DNA of 58,900 nucleotides from an uncultured Erysipelotrichaceae bacterium (GTDB lineage Bacteria; Bacillota_I; Bacilli_A; RF39; UBA660): NCBI GenBank assembly GCA_902780585.1, contig CACZGA010000003.1, positions 1 to 58,900 of the forward strand, read 5' to 3'. Shown piece by piece: positions 52,338 to 58,900 of this stretch (position 1 is its first letter; each line of letters starts with the position of its first letter). The notes under the pieces were generated by a model. It saw only the letters and a program-made list of their open reading frames with translations, ran no database searches and was not told where the DNA came from. The position numbers and the translations under genes were made by a program.

Positions 52338-52464
52338 TGTAAATCCCAATGAATATCTAAATAAAGTAGTTGGTGGTTTTAACCCTCAACAACAACAAGA
52401 ATGGAATAGAATGATGGGGCAATTTAATCAACCTATGAATAAAGACGAAAGTAAACAAGGTTAG
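52201..52464 (+). CDS. M/Q-rich hypothetical protein (cassette gene 2)
   Basis: 87 aa; overlaps the preceding ORF by 137 nt. Confidence 0.65.
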   Translation: MNNMLQMLFNQKMKQIPQNLMGQLERQLKMRNPQAYREFQQARKNNVNPNEYLNKVVGGFNPQQQQEWNRMMGQFNQPMNKDESKQG

Positions 52465-52552
52465 AAGCCTTATAGGAGGATATTTGCTAGATAAGTATCT
52501 TCCTATAAACTTTCTAGCAGTTTAAATACAATTAGAAAGGAGAAAGAAAGAA

Positions 52553-53440
52553 ATGAATGGAAATAGTGGAATAACTCCAACAGTTGAGTTAGCTACTACA
52601 AACGGAAACAACGGATACGGTTATCCATACCCTGTAATGCCTTTTTATGGTTCTAATGGAAACGATGGTTTCTTTGGTTCAGAAGGTATATGGGCAATTA
52701 TCATCTTGGCGCTTTTATTTGGTAACGGAGGTTTCGGCGGATTCGGCGGAGGATTCGGCGGAATGTATGAGTTCCCATGGTTATTAAACGGACAACAAGA
52801 AATCATGAGCAACACTAACAATGGATTTGATACATTACATTTATCAAACCAAGTTGAAGGTGTTCGTGATGGAATATCTGCATTAAGTAATCAATTATGT
52901 AATTGTTGTGCTGATATGAACCAAACTGTAGCAAACGGATTCTTTAATGCTGAAACATCTGCTAACGCGAGACAAGTCGCTAACATGCAACAATCATTTA
53001 ACAACCAAATGGGAATATTACAAGGTTTCAACAACATAGGAACACAATTATGTAATGCTTCTGCTGATAACCGCCTAGGAATTGCTAATTTAACAGCAAC
53101 TGTACTATCTGAAAATTGTGCAGATAGACAAGCATTATCAGAAGGTGTAAGAGATATTATTGCTAACCAAACATCTAGTGTACAGCGTATATTAGATCAA
53201 CTTTGCCAAGATAAGATAGATGCCAAGAATGATGAAATCGCACAACTAAGACAAGAGATCTTATACGCTAGAGGTCAAGCTAGCCAAGTGCAACAGACAG
53301 CTAATATCGTAAACGAAACGTACTCTAGACTTCGCGACTGTCCTATTGAAAGTACACCAATCTATGGACGCCAACCTATCTTTACATGTCCTAACAACAA
53401 CGGATGTGGATGTGGAACAAACTTTGCAACAAATTTTTAA
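52553..53440 (+). CDS. Gly-rich / Cys-containing coiled-coil protein (cassette gene 3)
   Basis: Hydrophobic segment, GGFGGFGGG, NCC, C-terminal GCGCG; strong RBS. Confidence 0.8.
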   Translation: MNGNSGITPTVELATTNGNNGYGYPYPVMPFYGSNGNDGFFGSEGIWAIIILALLFGNGGFGGFGGGFGGMYEFPWLLNGQQEIMSNTNNGFDTLHLSNQVEGVRDGISALSNQLCNCCADMNQTVANGFFNAETSANARQVANMQQSFNNQMGILQGFNNIGTQLCNASADNRLGIANLTATVLSENCADRQALSEGVRDIIANQTSSVQRILDQLCQDKIDAKNDEIAQLRQEILYARGQASQVQQTANIVNETYSRLRDCPIESTPIYGRQPIFTCPNNNGCGCGTNFATNF

Positions 53441-53531
53441 AAGCAAATAGTCAATAATGACAAACCTGTTTATAGGAACTTGCTAGATTTTCACCACTTT
53501 TTATCGTTTTATGGTATTTTCTGGTGAAAAT

Positions 53532-53564
53532 AAGAGAATAGGCATAGTTCTATTCTCTTTTTTT
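53532..53564 (+). terminator. Intrinsic terminator
   Basis: AAGAGAATAG/CTATTCTCTT followed by a T run. Confidence 0.75.
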
Positions 53565-53621
53565 ATACAAATTGGGAATAGTATTCCCAAAATACATAAA
53601 TTAGAAGGGAGACAAGATAAA

Positions 53622-54095
53622 ATGATACAAACAATTATAAATGAACCATTAGTATTATCGAGTAATACAAGTCCAATAATTTTCGATGCTGTTAATATAA
53701 TAACAGGAAGTACACCTTGTTCTTTTGGTGGATGGTTAGATTATGAGAATGGAAGTCCTTTATTTAAGATATTAGGTAAAGGATATACAGGATATTATAA
53801 TGCTAATTTTAGCGCTTCAATTTCTTCTACTACAGCTGGTGTTGTCGCAATCGGCTTGTACGAAGACGGAATTTTACTTCCAGATACTGTTCGAGCAGTC
53901 ACGATAGATGCACCTGGTGATTACGAGACTGTATCTTTCAATAGAAAATTTCAAGTATGTAAATGTGGTAATACAAACTTAACTGTTGGGGCAGTAGGAA
54001 GTGTACCAACACCAACAGATCCTACAACACCTATTGTTACGCAAATACCAATTATTACTAATGCTACTTTCAATCTTGCTAGAACCAGCAATTAA
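53622..54095 (+). CDS. Beta-sandwich protein (BclA-CTD/C1q-like; cassette gene 4)
   Basis: Start MIQTII lies after the terminator; GYYNANFSASI...GLYEDG. Confidence 0.55.
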   Translation: MIQTIINEPLVLSSNTSPIIFDAVNIITGSTPCSFGGWLDYENGSPLFKILGKGYTGYYNANFSASISSTTAGVVAIGLYEDGILLPDTVRAVTIDAPGDYETVSFNRKFQVCKCGNTNLTVGAVGSVPTPTDPTTPIVTQIPIITNATFNLARTSN

Positions 54096-54101
54096 TAACT
54101 A

Positions 54102-54302
54102 ATGAAAAACAATTTAGATTTAACATCATTAATATTACAAGTATATAGTGTAATGATATTAATGCAAGATTTTAAAAACAGTGATTTGATGCAAGAACTA
54201 CAATACCAAGATAGAAATTATCTTGAAAAAATCATTGAACAAAACAATAAAATAATCGAACTCTTGGAAAGGAGGGAATATGGTGGAAAAAATGATACAT
54301 GA
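54102..54302 (+). CDS. Hypothetical protein
   Basis: 66 aa. Confidence 0.6.
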   Translation: MKNNLDLTSLILQVYSVMILMQDFKNSDLMQELQYQDRNYLEKIIEQNNKIIELLERREYGGKNDT

Positions 54303-54777
54303 AGATTTGAAACGTGCTAGTATTGATAAAATAAAAGAACTTTTACAAGAAAACCAAGGGCAGATAACAGGTAATACGTTAGAGGCAATTGGAGATTTAA
54401 CAGATATTTACAAAGATATAGAAAATATCGAATATTGGTGTGAAAAGGAGGAAAGTGAAATGTACGGAAGATACGATAGAGATTCCTACGATGGTTATGG
54501 TAGATATGATAGACGTGGAAGAGATTCCTATGGTCGTAGAGAACGTGATAGTCGTGGAAGATATAGAGGACACGATTACATGGATGAAATGTATGATGAA
54601 TATTCAAAATACATGGAAGGTCGTTCTAGATATGGAGCCAATGAGGATACTAGAAAAAGTCTAGAATATATGTTACGTAGTATGGAAGATTTTGCACGTA
54701 TGCTAAAAGAAGATGCTGGTTCTGAACAAGAAGTTCAAATGATACGTGACACAGCACAAAGAATAGCACAAATGTAA
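54280..54777 (+). CDS. R/D/Y/G-repeat protein
   Basis: YGRYDRDSY...RDSRGRY. Confidence 0.7.
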   Translation: MVEKMIHEDLKRASIDKIKELLQENQGQITGNTLEAIGDLTDIYKDIENIEYWCEKEESEMYGRYDRDSYDGYGRYDRRGRDSYGRRERDSRGRYRGHDYMDEMYDEYSKYMEGRSRYGANEDTRKSLEYMLRSMEDFARMLKEDAGSEQEVQMIRDTAQRIAQM

Positions 54778-54778
54778 T

Positions 54779-55135
54779 ATGTACAGATATTATAATGCAA
54801 ACCCACATGGTAGACATATTGATGATTGTACTTTGAGAGCGATATCTTTATTGACAGATAGAGATTGGCATGAAGTTTACAATGAATTGAGTTATTTAGC
54901 AAATCAAGATAGTTTGATGATGGATAGTGTTGCATTTATCGAAGATTATCTAGATGATAGATACCCTAGAGAATGTCATTATTCTAAAACTATTGGAGAA
55001 TTTGCTAGAGAATATCCTTATGGGAAATATGCTGTAAGCACTAACGGTCATTTGACAGCTATTATTGATGGCTATATTATGGATACGTTTGATCCTAGCA
55101 ATAGAATAATGCGTTGTGCATGGAGAATTTCATAA
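54779..55135 (+). CDS. Small protein with a possible Cys-His-Asp peptidase triad
   Basis: DDCTLRAI, GHLTAI, DTFD. Confidence 0.55.
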   Translation: MYRYYNANPHGRHIDDCTLRAISLLTDRDWHEVYNELSYLANQDSLMMDSVAFIEDYLDDRYPRECHYSKTIGEFAREYPYGKYAVSTNGHLTAIIDGYIMDTFDPSNRIMRCAWRIS

Positions 55136-55164
55136 AAAAAAACACCTTATCTTAGGGTGTTTTT
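55134..55164. terminator. Bidirectional terminator between converging arms
   Basis: A-run AACACCTT...AGGGTGTT T-run. Confidence 0.7.
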
Positions 55165-55392
55165 ATAGTTATATATTTTAGTAAATAATGTCTTAATCTT
55201 TTTGTTATATGTTGTTGTACCAAAATTCAACTCTATACATGTACCTATAATCATTTTATTATCATAAAAGTTAATAAGCAATGTCCTTTCTTCTTTATCT
55301 AGCATCATGTCATCACATAGTTTCAAAACGTCTGGTCTTGCCATATATTTAATCTCGTGTTTGAGATTAATATAAGTGTTTCTATCAATCAT
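55147..55392 (-). CDS. Small sigma-region-4-like HTH protein
   Basis: LDKEERTLL...CIELNFGTTTYNKKIK; directly downstream of the agr-like gene. Confidence 0.5.
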   Translation of the reverse strand: MIDRNTYINLKHEIKYMARPDVLKLCDDMMLDKEERTLLINFYDNKMIIGTCIELNFGTTTYNKKIKTLFTKIYNYKNTLR

Positions 55393-55463
55393 AAAATTAC
55401 CTCATTCCTAGTATAATTATAAGATTTTTAAGGTGGTAAAAAGTAGTAAAAGAAAAGAACTCT

Positions 55464-56681
55464 TTACGAGTTCCTTAATTTCTTATTAACGTTTTGTCTT
55501 TTCTTTCTGACACTATCTATAGAATAATTTACATTTCTAGATATTTGTACATCTGTTAATCTATCACAATAATATTGTTTTAATATTTTCAATACTATCG
55601 GATCATCTTCCACTCTCACCACAATCTCATGTAACTCTTCTTCTGACATTCCTTTATAAAGTTTTGTATTCTTTTTAATAAAGTGGGAAGTGACGTATGA
55701 CAATGTTACACCTAGAAATATTGGTATAAAGAAAGACGTTTCTGTTTTAAAAGTAATTCTAGTCAATACATAATATGTGAAACTACTAAAAACAAAACAT
55801 ACCGCTACGCTTTTAAAATGAAAAGGTTTTCCAAAAGCATATTTATTAACCCAAAAAGCAACTGTTATAAATATAGCCTCAATAAAAGCATCGTTTAAAA
55901 AAGCAATTGCTATTATAACAAACATTGTAAACATGTTCCATAGTATGTAAAGAGGAATGTAGATAGCGTTTGTTATCCTTTCCTCTTTACTTTTTGTTGT
56001 TTTATTCTGTGATTTTCTTAGCAAGTCTTTTAGCAAATTTCTTGATGAAGTCAGTTTCTGCGAACCAGAATAAACTACCAAGTCCCATAAATTTTTACCT
56101 CCTTTATAAAAATACAATTTATGTATGATTATTAACACTAATAAATAATCTAAATTTAATATAATTGCTACAATAACACCATGTGTATTATTTATAGGTA
56201 CATTTCGTATACAAATACTAATTAATTGTGTTATGTTTATTATTAAAACCACACCAATATAATTTATAATATTATATTTTTTAATAGGTTTATTATTGAT
56301 TTTCAAATACAATAAACTGAAAACAAACATGTATATTGTGTCGAATAAAACAAATAAAGGTGGTAAGTTTATTTTAGTTTTTAATATTTGAAAAATCATT
56401 GCTACTACTGTGATTAATAACGAATATTTTCTCATTTTATTATTGTTTTCATTGGTTGTTATACTCATAACCACATAAACATTAACATACAACGTAATAG
56501 CATACCAAACATTTTCTAATCTCCAATATAATATAAAATCGTTTATTATATTGATTGTTCTATTGTTATAAACTATTTCAAAATAATTCCCACCTAGCAA
56601 CTTAATTATAACAACAATTAGTAGTAAAAAGTAGTAAGTCTCAATACTTCTGCTGAATAATTTATCCAAATCTTTCTTCAC
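55464..56681 (-). CDS. Multi-TM domain + AgrB-like peptidase domain + C-terminal HTH fusion protein
   Basis: GTG 56681 with AAAGGAGGTG RBS; about 6 TM segments, a linker, FGKPFHFKSVAVC (H-x6-C), and LTDVQISRNVNYSIDSVRKKR. Confidence 0.7.
   Translation of the reverse strand: MKKDLDKLFSRSIETYYFLLLIVVIIKLLGGNYFEIVYNNRTINIINDFILYWRLENVWYAITLYVNVYVVMSITTNENNNKMRKYSLLITVVAMIFQILKTKINLPPLFVLFDTIYMFVFSLLYLKINNKPIKKYNIINYIGVVLIINITQLISICIRNVPINNTHGVIVAIILNLDYLLVLIIIHKLYFYKGGKNLWDLVVYSGSQKLTSSRNLLKDLLRKSQNKTTKSKEERITNAIYIPLYILWNMFTMFVIIAIAFLNDAFIEAIFITVAFWVNKYAFGKPFHFKSVAVCFVFSSFTYYVLTRITFKTETSFFIPIFLGVTLSYVTSHFIKKNTKLYKGMSEEELHEIVVRVEDDPIVLKILKQYYCDRLTDVQISRNVNYSIDSVRKKRQNVNKKLRNS
56002..56088 (-). 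CDS. Nested out-of-frame 28-aa peptide, AgrD-like candidate
   Basis: AAAGGAGGT-8nt-ATG; MGLGSLFWFAETDFIKKFAKRLAKKITE*. Confidence 0.65.
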   Translation of the reverse strand: MGLGSLFWFAETDFIKKFAKRLAKKITE

Positions 56682-56703
56682 ATAATCACCTCCTTTCGAT
56701 ATA

Positions 56704-56732
56704 AATATATCATAATATAATAAAATAGTCAA
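56704..56732 (-). promoter_or_regulatory. Promoter of the conserved-spacer class for the agr-like gene
   Basis: TTGACT attttattatattatga TATATT; the spacer is identical to that at 23662-23678. Confidence 0.75.
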
Positions 56733-56766
56733 CATTAAAATAAAAAAAAAGGAATCTGATCCTTTT

Positions 56767-57642
56767 TTATACTTCCAACAACGGTCCACAATCTACTCTA
56801 AAACGTACTCCATCTGCTTCTAGTGTTGCTACACCATTTGGAGTATATCTCGTTGGTAATTCGGTAGATATTACATTAAATACTTTATCACACTTCCAAT
56901 ATCCACCTGTATCTAAAATACCATTAGGGTTTGCGTTGGAACCATCTGCATTACAAGTTGAAAGTGGTCCACTTGGTAGCCAATCATCTACACCTATAGG
57001 TTTACCATAGCAAGTTGCATAACATCCTACTGCGCCATTTGGGTATTTTACACATGGTAGTATTAAATCGTCAATTCTAAATACACCATTGAACTTTACT
57101 TTACTTCCTGCGTGTATTATTTGGTCTACTACTTCTCCACCACCATTTAAGGCTTGTTGTACTTTATTGCAGAATGTTCCCCAATCATAAGGGTTTCCTC
57201 TACGAATATCATAAGGACAATCTTTACCTGTCCAATAGTTGTGTTGGAATAAATGACCATTTACGTTAGTTATTCCATTTCTTCGTAATATGTCTGCACA
57301 TAATTCTACTGCGTTGTCTGTTGCTTTTCTTATATCTCCATCTGCATTATCGCATATTTCAATAGAAATAGTAGTCATATTGCCATCGCCATTTCCATCT
57401 CCTTGGCACCAAGCAACTTCGTTTTCGGGTACACACCTTACTGCGTAGTCTTTGTCTACTACATAGTTCCAAGAAGTATATACGTCTTTCCATCCATTTC
57501 TTAAAAGGTTTGCATGAGCTAAAGCATTTGCCCCATTACTCCAATTAGAAGTGTTGTGTATCGTTACCCCTCTAAAACCTCGTCTATTTATTCCTGGACG
57601 GCAATTATGACCCAAAGGGGCTAGTCTTTCAATCACTTGCAT
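56767..57642 (-). CDS. Endolysin, N-acetylmuramoyl-L-alanine amidase (Amidase_2, XlyA/CwlA-like)
   Basis: VTIHNT, ISIEIC, QHNYWTGKDCP. Confidence 0.9.
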   Translation of the reverse strand: MQVIERLAPLGHNCRPGINRRGFRGVTIHNTSNWSNGANALAHANLLRNGWKDVYTSWNYVVDKDYAVRCVPENEVAWCQGDGNGDGNMTTISIEICDNADGDIRKATDNAVELCADILRRNGITNVNGHLFQHNYWTGKDCPYDIRRGNPYDWGTFCNKVQQALNGGGEVVDQIIHAGSKVKFNGVFRIDDLILPCVKYPNGAVGCYATCYGKPIGVDDWLPSGPLSTCNADGSNANPNGILDTGGYWKCDKVFNVISTELPTRYTPNGVATLEADGVRFRVDCGPLLEV

Positions 57643-57745
57643 TTTCTTCGCCCCTTCCGTCTATTTTGATGCCTTCTTCTCCTAAATTATCGATAGGCGC
57701 TTCTTGGCTATCTATATCTAATTCTTCTTTTGTCAAGGTAGTCAT
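57629..57745 (-). CDS. 38-aa acidic peptide between holin and endolysin (not in the ORF track)
   Basis: MTTLTKEELDIDSQEAPIDNLGEEGIKIDGRGEENASD*; GAAGGGAG RBS. Confidence 0.5.
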   Translation of the reverse strand: MTTLTKEELDIDSQEAPIDNLGEEGIKIDGRGEENASD

Positions 57746-57747
57746 AC

Positions 57748-57948
57748 TTATTCTCCCTTCTTATAATTATAGTTTGATATTCCTGTTATTACGCCAAAAA
57801 ATGTAGATACTGCCGAAATAGTTAAAACTATCTTTTCAGTATCAAAATTGTATATTTGTCCTAGTGTTCCTATTAGTGTAATCAAAGCAGGGATGAATAT
57901 AATCAACCCCCACTTTAATACATTGTAAACTTTGTTATTTAATTTCAT
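57748..57948 (-). CDS. Holin (Dp-1-like, 2 TM)
   Basis: MKLNNKVYNVLKW...IPAL...GISNYNY. Confidence 0.85.
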   Translation of the reverse strand: MKLNNKVYNVLKWGLIIFIPALITLIGTLGQIYNFDTEKIVLTISAVSTFFGVITGISNYNYKKGE

Positions 57949-57959
57949 ATCATTTCTCC

Positions 57960-58244
57960 TTATTTAATTCCTAATTTGTATAAACAATAAGCTAATATTG
58001 CATAGAATAGGTAATCAATTAACTTGTCCCATTTCATCCCTTTTTTCTCTGCTTGAGAGTCTATTTTGGAGTTGATGGTTTTTACAGAAGTTTCAATGTT
58101 TCCAACTCGTAAGTCCATCTTCTCCATAATGGAATAGGTCTTTTTTAGGTCGTCAACATCTTTAGTAACTTCGTCAAGTCTTTTGGTGTTAGATTTAGAA
58201 CGTTGGTCTATTTCCGTTATCCATTTTGTATCTTGTTTATCCAT
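57960..58244 (-). CDS. XhlA-like coiled-coil protein with C-terminal TM
   Basis: RSKSNTKRLDE...C-terminal hydrophobic segment; lysis module. Confidence 0.65.
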   Translation of the reverse strand: MDKQDTKWITEIDQRSKSNTKRLDEVTKDVDDLKKTYSIMEKMDLRVGNIETSVKTINSKIDSQAEKKGMKWDKLIDYLFYAILAYCLYKLGIK

Positions 58245-58260
58245 CTTTTCATCTCCTTAT

Positions 58261-58900
58261 CTATTGGGTTAATTGTTTCAAAGCCGTAACATCTAAAATT
58301 AATTGTTTCAAAGCCGTAACATCTAAAATGAATGGCAAATCGTTATTTTCCTGACTAATGTTAGTCTGCCCATCATAACTTCTTTTTACGATTTCTAATT
58401 GGCTTAATAATGTACTATCTGTTATTTCAGTATATGTTGGGGTTGCTAGGACATAATATACTTCAGTGTTATGTGTACTTAACCAAGTTTTAAAAGCAGT
58501 TGTGCTTTGTTCACTTAATCTATTTGTTAAAAACATTAATCTAATTCGATTTGTTGAATTTGTTCCAACACAAATAGTATCAGTATTAACAAATGTACTT
58601 GCTACCATTGCTGTTCCAATTAAACTTGTTAATTTATCACAGTATGAATTTAATGAATTTGGTAATATTGAATTATCATAGTCTTCTGTATAAAAATATG
58701 TATAATCAACATTCCCACTAGAACTGCTACCACCTTCCCACTCCTCACTACCATCTAAAACAACCTTACCTATTTGTTTATTTAAGTACCAATCTTTTCC
58801 ATAAGGTTCGTATGGTAATGCAGTAGAGCCTTCATTTATCATTAAATCTACATTAGTGCTTGTTTCACTATTATTAGATAAATAAATACATATATAATTA
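58261..58900 (-). CDS. Alternative allele of the tail-fibre C-terminus (partial)
   Basis: NEGSTALPYEPYGK...FKTWLSTH...QTNISQENND matches the end of 61..2169 with divergent internal segments; 30-bp duplication at 58270-58329. Confidence 0.7.
   Translation of the reverse strand, partial: NYICIYLSNNSETSTNVDLMINEGSTALPYEPYGKDWYLNKQIGKVVLDGSEEWEGGSSSSGNVDYTYFYTEDYDNSILPNSLNSYCDKLTSLIGTAMVASTFVNTDTICVGTNSTNRIRLMFLTNRLSEQSTTAFKTWLSTHNTEVYYVLATPTYTEITDSTLLSQLEIVKRSYDGQTNISQENNDLPFILDVTALKQLILDVTALKQLTQ

Noticed and set aside
56682-56789. N-terminal extension of the 441-aa ORF in the track
   Set aside because: It overlaps the endolysin end, a terminator-like hairpin and the promoter; the RBS supports GTG at 56681
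58261-58900. Diversity-generating retroelement template/variable repeat pair with 61-600
   Set aside because: No reverse transcriptase in the window, and the differences include indels and changes at all bases rather than adenine-specific substitutions
58261-58900. Invertible shufflon of tail-fibre ends
   Set aside because: Both copies are in the same orientation, no recombinase was recognised, and the exact 99-bp overlap points to an assembly junction

Overview
The window is an apparently complete, AT-rich tailed phage genome (siphovirus-like) of a low-GC Bacillota host. Bases 1-99 recur exactly at 58201-58299, which implies a circular or permuted unit of about 58,200 bp; an extra 600-bp alternative tail-fibre end is appended. 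The minus strand carries tail, head, portal and terL genes, a glycosyltransferase/sugar-dehydratase cluster, terS, the lysis genes and a membrane regulator. The plus strand carries early genes, an iteron origin, primase/helicase, a DNA-modification block (PAPS-reductase-like, amino-MTase, MetK, permuted C5-MTase), a family-B DNA polymerase, recombination genes and a Gly/Cys-rich accessory cassette. No integrase or tRNA was recognised. Main discoveries: (1) a compact agr-like locus in which one protein joins a multi-TM domain, an AgrB-like His-x6-Cys domain and an HTH, with a 28-aa AgrD-like peptide gene and its own strong RBS hidden out of frame in the linker; (2) a DNA polymerase whose motifs A and B are each broken by a TGA-containing micro-insertion, both repaired exactly by Leu-to-Leu ribosomal hops (12 nt inside a cUUCGg hairpin, and 2 nt); (3) two genes split by homing endonucleases with no intron; (4) two structurally matching ncRNA candidates flanking terL; (5) a G10 tract in an MTase and a circularly permuted M.SssI-like MTase. 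All family assignments come from motif recognition by eye, not from database searches.
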